A stretch of DNA of 64,000 nucleotides from Octopus sinensis (lineage: Eukaryota): positions 1 to 64,000 of the forward strand of contig NW_021833020.1 of the NCBI RefSeq assembly GCF_006345805.1. Reading direction: 5' to 3'. Below, in pieces: positions 52,166-64,000 of this stretch; the first letter of the stretch is position 1; every line of letters begins with the position of its first letter. The notes beneath the pieces were generated by a model. It ran no database searches and was not told where the DNA came from. It was given only the letters and a program-made list of their open reading frames with translations. The position numbers and the translations under genes are program-made.

Positions 52166-53009
52166 TGTTGTTTCAGCTCACAGCTGTAACAATGACCGCT
52201 AAGTGAGGGGCGGGAGTAAAAGTAAGGGGTAAAAAAGTTCATAGTATTCGCGTAAGTGTGCATGTTCATACCTACACATGCGCGCCCGCACATCCACGTG
52301 CGTGCGCCTAAAAGTATGCATTCATCCACCCTCACTTGAAAACGTACACATCCTCACTCGCACCATTCGCCAAGTGTATATGTATATACATACCCCCCCA
52401 CACACACACACATACACAGGCACCATAAGGGTTCATACACACGTCTATGTACGCACAAGCACAAGGAAAAACAGGGCTAAGGGTAACAATACAGAAAAAA
52501 AGGCATATACCTTTATGCACGCGCACACACACGCCTATATACACACATACTCGCACACGCCTATATACGCACAAACACACGCACGCACAAAAAAATCATA
52601 CATATGTCTATATGCGCGCATACACCAGAAAAACTGGGCTAAAGGCAAAAATACAGGAAAATGTGTAAAAACACAGTAAAATACGTCTATATACGCACGT
52701 ACCCGCCTGCACGCTCACACGCACACATCTATATACGCACATACCCGCACACACGCACACATCCACACACGGGCACAAAATATTCCATATACACGTCTAT
52801 ATACGCACAGGGAAAAATGTAGGGTGGAAGATAGAATACAGAAAAATTATGTGTAAAAAATATATAAGCAATAAACCTATAAACCAAAATCTCTATAAAT
52901 ATGTAAGAAATATATGTATAAAAAATATAAATTAAAATATATAAGAAATATAAGTAAAAGGTATAAAGAGATAAAAAACTTGTGCGTGGACACAATATCG
53001 AAAGCAAGT

Positions 53010-53985
53010 TCTATCTGTAGCCTCGGGGGGACCAAAAGCGTAATAAATATTTGGCTACATATGGACATAACCCGAAAAGTTCCGTCCTTGAATTCAGACA
53101 TGTAGAAGGGTCTAACTGCTTTTCCTGATGAGCCATCTTTCCATATCGCAAAGACCGCACTTTCCGCTGCCGTTGGTGTAGGGCTTACACTTAGCTAAGA
53201 TCTTCCAATGGATGTTGTAACTGACACCTTTATCTTTTAATTAACATATATGATTGAATAATTTGGTTGTTTTCCTCTTATCCCAGTGCCTAAAGCTCAA
53301 AGTGTGATTATTAAACCTGGCCTTGAAATTACCCTCTGTAAGGTCCACGTATTTCTTCGTCGAAACCGTGTCTTTAGTGGATATAGAGTCCACGGTGGTT
53401 TCGTAAATGATGATCTCGGAGATGCAAGCTCCATTTAGCGGGCACAAATTTTTATCCCTGCATGAACAGCTGGATTCGTAATGTGGTTTTCGTGTGTTGT
53501 GTGCGATTGTATTTTTAAAATTGATAGTTGAGCTGAAATTGATTTTTAAGTTACGTCTATTGAAGAGCTTCCTGTAAGTATGGTCGACTGGAAAATGTCT
53601 ATCTACCAATACTAAGAAATACTTACCTATATTGAAGGTCAGCTCGGGTAAGTAGGGGTGTGTGAACCAGATGGTTTTCCTATTCCTATGTTTCCTTTTC
53701 TTTATTATTGGACTGGGGACATGTGTATAGGTTATTTCCTCGCTAAATCCACTATCTTTTATAGCCTTGTTATATACTGAGGCAACGCTATTTAAAATGT
53801 CCCTATCGGAGGAGAGGCTAGAAATTCTCTTGCTAATGTTTTTAACTAAATTTTTAAATACTATAGGGGGATGGCATGAACCCACATTGATATAACTAAG
53901 ACTATCATTGGGCTTCCTATAAGGCTTATAAATCTTCTTTTTTAGATCTAAGGATACGTCCAGGAAATTGACAACCGTCAAATAT
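53010..53985 (-). mobile_element. Penelope-like element, 5'-truncated: end of RT, Cys-rich linker, GIY-YIG endonuclease
   Basis: FLDVSLDL..YKPYRKPN..YIN..SCHPP, IWF..PY, RHFP..LFNR, CSCRDKNLCPLNGAC, IIY..KYVDLTEGNFKARFNNH; after an in-frame stop: LKDKG..HWKIL..PY..KCGLC..LNSRTEL. Confidence 0.88.
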
Positions 53986-54042
53986 CGAGGTCTCTTTCAT
54001 TCTTTTGTTGTCTTACCATTTTTATCTGTCTATCTATCTATC

Positions 54043-54085
<43 letters not shown>

Positions 54086-54088
54086 ATA

Positions 54089-54186
<98 letters not shown>

Positions 54187-54289
54187 ATAATTTGAGAGAT
54201 AGACATATAGGAACCTACTTAGAAGGACTTAGTCAAAGAAATTTGACTAAAAATGTGTATGTGTGTGTGTGTACGTACGTACGTATGTA

Positions 54290-55060
54290 TATATGTTCTC
54301 TTCTGTTTTTAATTATTTGAATTTCATTGCTGGAATGTAGACAACAAAAACCATATCACATTCTAAACTTGAAGAAAGTCTTGCACATTTTTACTGTTCC
54401 ACTTAGAGATTGTATTTGTAATGAACAAATTAGTTGGTTGAATTCTTTTTCTGGAAACCCTAGCTTTTCCAGATTGTCACTTAGGCATTTACTTACAAAA
54501 ACCAAGTGCACCAACAATTATTGGTATAAATGTGAATTTATAATCTGGAAACAGAAGATGCAGTTTTCGAAGCAGTTGTTCATAGGTATCCTTTTTCTCT
54601 TTGATTTTCAATTTTCATAGTGATATTTGCATTTGCAGGACAACTGGCCTCTTTGATGGTACATGCTTTTTTCTCGTCTATCTCAAACCACATACGACCT
54701 GTTACGTTTACACTTGGCGGAAGTTTTGAAGGGAATGTTCCACCAATATTTCTTGTGTTGATGTTTGTGCTTGTATTCAATAATATTGAGGTTCTCTCTC
54801 TATATTTCTAGACAGTTTTTTTCTTATGGTATTGTATATTGCTTTAGTGACCACGTGATGTTGCACAAGGTGATAATACCTTGATGACATTTTTGGGCCA
54901 TTGCTAATCATGTGAGATGTCTACCACAAAGACACAACATAATCGACATTTTCGGTTGCATCTTGCATCTTCAAGGCTTTCGTTGTCTCTTTTGTTCATT
55001 TGAATTTTGTGGCAATCTCCTGTTCTTCGAAGTATGATGTAATGTAAAGTCACGGGTCCA
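54290..55060 (-). mobile_element. RLE-type non-LTR retrotransposon 3' fragment (third copy in window)
   Basis: RKCRLC..HMIS..PKM..YY, YWWNIP.KT..KCKRNR, ASCPANANI, YEQLLRKLHLLFPDYKFTFIPIIVGALG, LQIQSLSGTVKMCKTFFKF. Confidence 0.85.
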
Positions 55061-56332
55061 AAAAAGGCTATACTTCATGTCAATATTACTCTTTTTCTTC
55101 AAGTCTACAACATTCTCTTCTCTTTGCTATATGCTAAGAGAAATACTATACCATACCTTCAGTCCTCCAATATCAACCAACGCAGGCAAATATTTTAAAG
55201 AATATATCTATATTTGACAATTTCTTCATTCTACTTAAGCAGCACCTTTTCACACAGGTGTATATAATTTATACAGTCATTGTATATCTGTATGTACTTT
55301 AAACTTGTAAATTCGATTTTATTTCGAAGTGACACGAGTACGCGACATTGAAAAACCGCAAAAAAAAAAGAAACAAGTAAAAAAAACCCGGCGAAATGTG
55401 TATCTGTCGCTCTGGTGACCACTTCTGGGGCGATTTCGTTTCGCCTAGCTTTGAAGCTTGATCCGTGTCTTGGGATTACTTATCGAGGTTTAAAGTCCTC
55501 ACGAACATATGCTTTGGTTCTTCGCTGATGTGAAGAGCTTCATCCAAAGCTAAAATCTAACAGGAAAAATGACAGATGGATATGTGAAGACCCTTCTGAT
55601 GTACCCAGAGTAATGTACACTAAGTTTTCAATTACACGTACATTAAGTATGTTGTACTGATAGTTTTTTTTTAAATTTTATTAGAGATCTGTTTTTGTTG
55701 CATAATTCGAATTTATATATTTCAGTTTATTAATTTTCCATCTCTTAAAAATTATTCAAGATATTTGTTATCTCTTTTTTTTTTTTACCAGAATATATCT
55801 TCGTAGGCTTCTTCTGGAATCATCTTCGCAAGGTTTTCATGGAGTCATCTAAGGCTTCTCAGGGAATCATCACTGAAAGCCACATTACATAGCAGGCATT
55901 GTTTTGTTATATTCGTAAACGAAGGCACCAATCCAAATTTCAAATGTTGTTGTGGTTATTATTGGCAATTCTTCTCAGTATCAACTGCTGTCAATACGCT
56001 TATTAAAAATTGTTCTCAATTGACATAACAAATTACATAACTATCAGTTCACTGACATCTTTCCGATAGAACTGGGTGTGGAATATTCACTGATTGTCAC
56101 TAGGTTATTTTGGTCTTCACACTGCAGTGTAGCACGAAGATGACGCCACTGACATGCTCAACCAAGCATTGCTGCAACCTAAGTTTCTTGCAACATACTA
56201 GAAAATTCAGCCGAGCGAATAAAATATTTTCAAATATTATAAATGCTAAAGGTGTGTGATATAATAAATATGGCTGCTACTTGAGCGGTTTAACGCAGTA
56301 TCTGTAGTTAATGCTGTGAAATGAACTGATCT

Positions 56333-56460
56333 GGGTTAGAATTAGGGTTAAGGTTTAGGGTTAGACTGCACGCTAAAGTGTAAATGGCCACGGTTAGAGT
56401 TTAGGACCAAGGTTAGGGTTACGGCTAAAGTCAGCACGCTAAAGTGTAAATGGCAAGGTA
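56333..56460 (+). repeat. Degenerate TTAGGG-like repeats interleaved with a 21-bp direct repeat
   Basis: gggttagaattagggttaaggtttagggttag...; gcacgctaaagtgtaaatggc at 56368-56388 and 56434-56454. Confidence 0.7.
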
Positions 56461-56809
56461 AAGTGAACGCTGAAGCTCTTTGTTGACTGTCATGAATCTT
56501 TCTTCCATAATCTTTCTTCCATAACATGATAATTAATTTATAGATGGGACCCTAACAGGTGCTACTATTTCGGCCAGAGTAGATCTGGGAACAATTATGT
56601 CTAAGAGTTGGTTCCGCTCTCCTCAAAACCCTGGAACTCTTGAAGCAGGGTCCAACAGTCGGACGCAGTTTAAAGCCATACACAGGACTAGTGCTCCACA
56701 CTGACAAATGTTTTCGTACCGGTTGAAAAAAATTCGTACTAATACAGTATCAGGAAGTTGGAGATACTTTAAAAGAGTTCAGAAGCAATAGAAGGAATGT
56801 TGGTTTATC

Positions 56810-57020
56810 TCTTCTTTTATTTCTTACTTGTTTCAGGTATTGAACTGCAGCCAAGCTGGAGCACTGCTTAGAAGGGTTTGGTTGAGCTAATTGATTCCAG
56901 TACATTTTTAAAGCTTGATGCTTATTCTATCAAAGATTTATGCCAAACAGATAAGATACGGGCACGTAAAGAAATCAACACCCAGTTGTCAAGCAGTGGT
57001 CGAGGACAAACAACAGCTCT
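56810..57020 (-). mobile_element. SINE family A, 3' half
   Basis: tcttttatttcttacttgtttcagg...gcagccaagctggagcactgc...gttgtcaagcagtgg is the reverse complement of the family A 3' half. Confidence 0.7.
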
Positions 57021-57607
57021 GCCTTTTCAAATCATCTTAATTCCTTATTACATGTCTAACTTACAAATATTCTGATTTTCACTTCGATCACTTCGGGATT
57101 AGTTTGAGTTTAAATACAGCAAAAATTCTTATATCATATTTCATTAATACCTCTTCGTTTTATCCCCTTAAACTTCTGTTTCCCTTGCCCTGTGCGATCT
57201 TTGATCACTTAATTATACTGCGGCTACTAACAGTTCTCTTCAATTCCCTTAGATGATGGGAGCGTCTTTAAAATGTGATGCTAGAGTACATATTTGGGTC
57301 TATGTAATACTACAAACGATTTAATACGGACCTAAAACGTCTACATAATGGAAACACGTGTCGGCGTTTTATATGTTGTAAACTATTAATTAAAGATGTG
57401 TAATTTTCTATTCTTCTCAGTGTTTTCCTAATATACTCTGGAACTTAATGCGAAATTCTTCGGAGAAGACTCATTTACTAATTGAACGAGAGCACAGCTG
57501 TAATTGTTTGATCAACACGATTCCTAGTGTTTCCTAATGCTTGATGTAATTAGCCAAGTTCGGATTACAGTTGAGTGGTCATAAAGTATCTATCCTGACT
57601 TTGAAGT

Positions 57608-57610
57608 ATA

Positions 57611-57687
<77 letters not shown>

Positions 57688-57712
57688 GTGTGTGCGCGCG
57701 CGTGTGTGTGTG
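57608..57712. repeat. (TG)n/(CG)n microsatellite
   Basis: Direct reading. Confidence 0.95.
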
Positions 57713-57721
57713 GTGTAGTGT

Positions 57722-57990
57722 GAAAGCGCGTGACCTTGGGGCTAGGGCGTTGCACTAACGATCGCAGGATCGCGGTTTCGATTCCCAGGCAGGCGTTGTG
57801 TTCTTGAGCAAGACATCATTTTACATTGCTCCAGTCCCCTCAATTGGAAATGGGTAACCCTGCAACTGAGTGGCGTTCCATTCAACGGGGAATATCGACC
57901 TGATCACTCAGCCAGTTGAGCGACATCATTTGGAGGTTACAACAATGCAAGCGAGCGCATTGTGATCATGCTGGTCGATAAAGGGATACA
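57722..57990 (+). mobile_element. tRNA-derived SINE family C
   Basis: tRNA-like head with B box ggtttcgattccc; body ttgagcaagac...ttgctccagtcc...aaccctgc. Confidence 0.7.
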
Positions 57991-58991
57991 TACATATGCA
58001 TGCACGCACGCACACGCGCACACAGAACCGTCTAAGAATGCATGAAATATGTTGTATATTTGTCAACAGACTGGGTATATTAATCGAAGTGTACAGTATT
58101 GTATATCCGATACAGTCGATCTTACCAATCGGTTTCGCACCAAGAGTTCAACAGGGTGCTAGATAACAACCCGATTATGTAATCGTTGCGCTCTTCAGAG
58201 ATGGTAGTTACAGAAGAAAATACTGCTTTGTATTGCTGGCGGTGAAAAGACACACCGTGTTTGTATTTACTGTGAAAAAAACGAAACGATCCAAGCAAGG
58301 TTAAATTAAGAGTTATATCTCTTAGTGGAAAAAAAAAAAAACTGCCTCTGCGGGCGTTGTAAGGTGACAAGAGTTTTCTGGAAATGTGTGTTTATTTTTG
58401 GGTTGGTGTTCTTGTAAAACTAGAATGAGTGCAGTGATACTATATGTGTAGCGTTTTCGGGGTGGGGGCGGGCCGGGGGGGGAGCTGCATGAATACTTGT
58501 GCGTTCCTTGTGTGCATTGTGTGTATTTTGGTTAAATTCTTTGGAGTGTTTGTGTACGTATGGAGTGTGTTTAGGGGTACTATATATGTAAGGGCTTATA
58601 TGGGGCGGAGGGGAAGGATCTTTTAGGGGAATATCCACCATGTTAGAGAGCGCATATATCTATGAGTGTGTTTGTGTGTGTTCTGCTCAAACTCTTTGCC
58701 GGATTCCTAGGTATTGGTTGGGGGAACTGGTGATTATAGGCATGAAGGGGCACGTAGGTATGACAAAATGTACCTCCTTTCATGTGGACAAGGATTAAAA
58801 CTCGGATTTGTGGAGAAAGATCGTCGCTCCTTAATTTAGGCTACAAATGACCACGATATGTAGACGTTCAAAATTTGTGAAACGTTTTTACGATTCGAAT
58901 GATGACTCTTTACACAAGGGACGATGACAATTTCCTTTTCTTTACAACCTTACCGACGGGAAGGTGACCGGTCGAAGACAAAAACTAGAAA

Positions 58992-59029
<38 letters not shown>

Positions 59030-59039
59030 TTACATCCAT

Positions 59040-59480
59040 CCATCCATCCATACATACATAAATACGTACATTCATTTACACACATACATGCATACATATA
59101 AACATTCATACATACATTCATTCATACATACACACATACATACATACATACATACATACATACATACATACATACATACGCACACATTCATACATACATT
59201 TATTCATACATACACACATACATACATACATACATACACACACATTCATATATACATACATACACACATACATACACATACATACATACATACATACATA
59301 CATACGTAACAGACACACGCTATATACATACATTCATACATACATACATACATACATACATACATACATACATACATACATACATACGTAACAGACACAC
59401 GCTATATACATACATACACACACACATACATACATACGAAACAGACACACGCTGTATACATACATTCATACATACGCACA
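59040..59480. repeat. (CATA)n microsatellite with three embedded cgtaacagacacacgctatatac units
   Basis: Direct reading; units at ~59304, ~59387 and ~59436. Confidence 0.92.
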
Positions 59481-59654
59481 CACGCATATGCTCCGATTTA
59501 TTACGAGGAATTTTAAGTGATTAAGTGTGCAGATCTGGGATGTGCGTGTGCGCGCGCGCGCGTATTCTGGTGGCTAGTTAAACCTAAAACCAGAATTAAA
59601 ATTTCTGCAATTAAATTTGAAACGGAGCGGAGTGAACGATCGTAGAATATCAAG

Positions 59655-59850
59655 AGGACAAGTGCTGCTGAGCCGGACACACCACAAGGTTCACAGAGAA
59701 GAGATGGATCCGTGCAGTTGCCGAGTGGTACATAAGTGATAGGAAAAGGCCACTGGGAAGGCCACCACACCGATAGAATGACGATTTAGTTACAGAATTT
59801 GGGTCAAGAATGGTGCAATCGAGACAGAATTGGAAGCGCATTGTGACCAG
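59655..59850 (+). mobile_element. RTE LINE 3' fragment
   Basis: AGHTTRFTEKRWIRAVAEWYISDRKRPLGRPPHR.NDDL..RQNWKRIV. Confidence 0.8.
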
Positions 59851-59901
59851 CGGTGTATAACAACATCAAATGGTTTGGTAGACACTGTTATATATATATA
59901 T

Positions 59902-60537
59902 ATATTTAAATAATGAGAGAGATAAATTAATATTAATTTTAATATCAATTTAAAACCAGTAGTCTAGCATACAAAAAATCTGAGCAATCAGAGAAAATTC
60001 TAATATATGTGTATATTGGCAGGGCAAGACAGCTAGGTAGTCGGCCGTATGCTAGAAATAGATCATCAACGATCAAACTACAAAGAAAGTTCTTTAGAGG
60101 AAAAATTCAGCGAACACCAGAACCAAATTTGGCGGGCAGGACAGATGAAAATTTATATAAAAAACAAAATTAATTGCATACCTCGGTTTCGGCCTTTAAC
60201 AAAAGAATTACTTACATAATTCAAATGTCCGTGGCCTCATCAGTACAATCGTTCAGTGTAAATGCAATCTGAAAAACTAACCCCAGCTTTCTGTGCCAAA
60301 ACAGACACGTGTTTAGTTTTACCGATTACATTAGGTATAAAATTTCAAATGTCTTAGTTCCGGCGCGCTAAAGAATTCCTGAAGCGAAGAACTGCAGTAA
60401 ATAATTCACTGCGGTTAGTGCTTGCTACTAGAGAACGTATTTATTTCAATATTTAAATAATGAGGGAGATAAATTAATATTAATTTTAATTTCAATTTCT
60501 AGCATACGGCCGACTACCTAGCAGTCTTGCCCTGCCA

Positions 60538-60541
<4 letters not shown>
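59902..60541 (-). mobile_element. Non-coding hammerhead-bearing element with direct and inverted terminal repeats (Penelope pLTR/retrozyme-like), between (TA)n tracts
   Basis: 50-bp direct repeat 59902-59951 / 60449-60498; 47-bp inverted repeat 60013-60059 / 60495-60541; hammerhead at 60172-60250. Confidence 0.65.
60172..60250 (-). ncRNA. Type-I hammerhead ribozyme with intact core
   Basis: GAUUGUA CUGAUGA GGCC [38 nt] GGCC GAAAC CGAG GUA UGCAAUU; stem I 7 bp including two G-U pairs, stem II GGCC/GGCC; predicted cleavage between 60179 and 60178. Confidence 0.78.
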
Positions 60542-60597
<56 letters not shown>

Positions 60598-60598
60598 C

Positions 60599-60635
<37 letters not shown>

Positions 60636-60769
60636 GTGTGTATGTGTGTGTGAGTGTGTGTGTGTGTATAAACATTACCGATGTCAATTATTAGCTGTGG
60701 GATTATTTCATCCAGGGAAACGTCGAGTGTTAAAAGCACATAAACAAAATACATACAATAAGTATGTGA

Positions 60770-61463
60770 CATCAATAGATTTATATTAGTCGAGGTGCAT
60801 TCCTTCCTTCCTCTCTGTGAATCCGGCAAGACCTTGATCGGAAGCTCGGCCTTGGTGTTGCAGGCAGAGCAGCTGTTGTCTTTCTCAATCGCATCCCACT
60901 CATAGTAATCCACATAGTAATCAGGTGGCCAGAAAATGGAGCAGGTGAAGTAGAAATACCCCGGCAACCACTTCTGACTCTTTCTGGAGTTATGACAAAG
61001 AACCGAATTCTGCTGACACACACACATAGCCTTCCAGCAACAACCATCGTTTGACTACAATCTTCAGCAGCTTCACATAGTCGTGTGAACTGAGGCTAAG
61101 GCCCTTTCCAAAGATATGAGTAGCATGACGTTACCCTCACTGGCGACAAGCCCAAAGTTCATAACACTTTGGGGCAAACTTGATCTTCATGATGTTCATG
61201 TCACTTCTTACAAGCCTTTCACAGCGCATTGTTCGCAGAGCATTGAGCAGCAGTCATGATGTTGGCATTTTTATACCCCGCATGAAATATGAAACTTTTC
61301 CGATATTCAGATGGCTTCCAGTCCTCCATGCCAACTAATTTTCGTCAACTACAATTTTAATCTTTATGCTCTTGAGTGACGCTGACCATTCACAAATACA
61401 TCATGCTCTTCCTGAAAAAGTGGCATAAAATATCGCCAAATTTAGCCCGAATACCACCCTGTA
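60770..61463 (-). mobile_element. Internally deleted Tc1/mariner-superfamily element (maT/DD37D-like)
   Basis: MEDWKPSE N-terminus, VM.FGLVASEGNVM, VAGR..CQQNSVLCHNSRKSQKWL, WPP..YYEWDAIEKD..CNTKAEL; terminus caccctg|TA at 61455-61463. Confidence 0.78.
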
Positions 61464-63479
61464 CACACACACACACACAGACACCTTAGGTGAGTTAAAA
61501 TATGTTCATGACATTTCATCTTATAAGGGCATATTCACTGCAGTTGCCGTGGAGAAAAAAATTCTCTCTTAGGGTAAAAGATGTAAAAACATCATACCTG
61601 GCCTGTGCTGACTCCTATTGAATTTCCAAGCGCATGTCTAGCTCTTTAGCTTTTATCAAAGAGAAATACCGAAGAGAGGTAGCTCTGGGTAGATTTTAAA
61701 ATATACTGTATTTTCCGGTGAACAGGCCGAATTTTTCAGATAAAAATTTACAGCCAAAAAGGTTGGCTAACTTATACACAAAGATGATTTTGAAGAACCG
61801 AAAATTCCACGCGAAATGCAGCGGGATTTTGAAAGATAATGACTATGTTTTGAATGTTTACACGATATACTACGTCGGTTTTTATGTTGAAAAATACAGC
61901 ACATCATTTCGTCTGCCAATATTCTCTGAAACATTTCCCTCCTTCGGTAAGTTTGTCATCTTTCAAATATATATACTTAGATACTTAGGTTTTGGCCAGA
62001 ATTGGCCCGGGTAATGTCTAAATAGCACCACTTGGAAAATATACTTATTAATATTTCATATTACATTCATTCTTTGGTCACCGTATCCTATTCAAGTGAA
62101 GAGTTATATTTTTGCAGTGATATCTACTGGCGTAGGTGGTTTATCTGGAATTTTCGGAGAGATTTTCCCTAAAACCGTTTGAATGTTGTGAGAACTTTTT
62201 CTTCTCTTATGTTTCTTGGCATAGTGTAAAAGAAAGCAAAGCAAGTTGGGGTGAAATAGTTCTGCCTTAGTTTTGTGATGTGACGCGAACACTGTTTTTG
62301 TAGAAGACGGATGGCACGGAGACGAAGCCTTCGTGGATTTGAATTTTAAAGATAATGATAACATTTGATTGATGTTTATGGAATATATTTTCCGCATACA
62401 AATGGTTTGACGCTCTCAACGACTTTGGAAGAAATAGAATTTGAGATTAGTTAACCAATCCCAATATTCAAGAACTGTCATGTCGCCTATCTTTTTTTTG
62501 TGATTGATTTCTGAAGTGTTTCAATTTTTAGATTTTGTTTCGTGTAGGGAGAACATAGCCGACTACAGTGTTCAGGGTGAGGACAGGCGAAGGTGGAGAA
62601 GAGAAGGATAACGGTAAGAGCATCTTTAGATTACAAAGTCCTAAGGATCCAGGAGCACGTTCTGTGGACCACGCCAACTTTGTCGTTTATTTGGATATTC
62701 CAGCATAAGTTGTTGATTCGTTCCCGCATCCATATAATTCTATTAGCCCCAGTTCCCTTCTTCAGTAAATTTGAGAAATTTTTACGTAGAATACAAATAT
62801 TTTTCAACGAATGAGCAAAAAAACACGAACAACAAGAAAAAAGACAAGAAGAACAAATTCTCACAAAGGCATTATTACTTTGAGGCTTGAGAAGAAAAAT
62901 GTATGGGTCCTTGACGCTTTGGACATTAGTCTTTCATCATAAAAACGAAAAGGAAAATAGGTAGTGAAAAGGAGGAAAGAAGAATGAAAAAATAGAGCTA
63001 AAAGTGGGAATTCGGTTCTAAGGAGAAGAGTTAAGAAGAGAGGAAGAGGTGGGAATGTTGTGTGCATGTATAGGAGAGCATCCGTGGAAGGAGACGGGCG
63101 TAGAGGGTGCTGTATGAGCACTTTGAGGTGCAGGTGGTTAGCAAAGAGTGAGTGAAGTGGGATGTGAATATGGCATAGGTGAGAGGAAAGCAAAAAGACA
63201 GGCCAAGTGAGGAAAAAACGATGCTATTGATGAGAAAAAAAAATTAAAGGAGGTACAAGCTGAGAGGAAAAATTACAAAATCGATAAAAAGTGGAAAAAT
63301 AAGAAAGAGGTAAGTCATGATGCCCGAAGAAGATGTACTTGAGTGTGAAAGAGTTTACGAAGTAGAAAGGGTTATGAAAAGAGGTAGAGAAAATTGGAAC
63401 ACGTGGTATCTCTGACAGAGAAATTTGAACGGATCACCACAAAAGGGAAAGGTTGTAAAAGAATGAGAAGATGTAGAAT

Positions 63480-63534
<55 letters not shown>

Positions 63535-63843
63535 ATATATAAATGAATTGTATTAAAAAAAGCAGCAAAAATTGTTGCGAGAAAAGTTATTATACACAGG
63601 TTGAGAGAAAACGGGTGATGAATATGTTGATGAAATCCAACAAAAATAGTAAAGCTTCCATTATAACTAGAGTGCAACAATCCAATATTACAGAGAGACA
63701 CAGGTATGGTTTATCGATCAGTTGGTGACGTTCGTGAGAAGTCATTCAGGTAAGTAACTGAACCAGGGATGAATTGTTTAAATGAGGTGGAAACATATGT
63801 TGCTAGGCATAGATCAATGGAAGATTGTAGCGTCGGTTTTGTG

Positions 63844-63874
<31 letters not shown>

Positions 63875-63951
63875 AAGAGAGAGTGAGAGCGATATTGTAG
63901 CGGAAGGTTTGTGGGGAGCGAGGCCTGGTGAGAAACAACCCAGTGTGATAT

Positions 63952-64000
63952 GGCGGGTTTCTTTCAGTTTCTGTCTACCAAATCCATTCTCAAGGCTTTG
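63952..64000 (-). mobile_element. SINE family A fragment running off the window end
   Basis: Reverse complement of caaagccttgagaatggatttggtagacagaaactgaaagaaaccc. Confidence 0.7.

Noticed and set aside
53120-53140. CTGATGAG string next to the Penelope-like ORF; possible selenocysteine UGA codons
   Set aside because: The string is antisense coding sequence with no stem II or GAAA. No in-frame TGA occurs at Cys positions; the interrupting stop is TAA.
55564-55892. Two possible small + strand exons (55564-55609; 55792-55892 after a strong pyrimidine tract)
   Set aside because: Short, no recognisable homology, and ambiguous frame or donor; compatible with chance.
62560-63720. Purine-rich, Lys/Glu/Arg-biased region possibly from a retroelement ORF
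   Set aside because: All frames are interrupted and no diagnostic motif was recognised.

Overview
This is eukaryotic, AT-rich, repeat-saturated DNA with no intact protein-coding gene. The SINE families, RTE/RLE LINE relics and (CATA)n/(TA)n/(GATA)n density resemble a coleoid cephalopod (Octopus-like) genome; this is inferred from remembered repeat sequences, not from a search. About 39% of the window (16.6-41.4 kb) is one array of a 56-bp satellite (~440 monomers) with nested higher-order repeats. The flanks are a mosaic of decayed transposons: RTE and restriction-endonuclease-type LINEs, two Tc1/mariner copies, a hAT, a GIY-YIG Penelope-like element, at least three tRNA-SINE families, and a Helitron with both termini and a frameshifted Rep/PIF1 region. 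Less obvious structures: three minimal type-I hammerhead ribozyme motifs (two with a full core), one inside a ~640-bp non-coding element with direct and inverted terminal repeats; a near-perfect 394-bp palindrome; and TA-flanked ~115-bp inverted repeats bracketing the Helitron. One possible host exon (15249-15342) is flagged at low confidence. Most ORFs in the supplied track are microsatellite or satellite artefacts.
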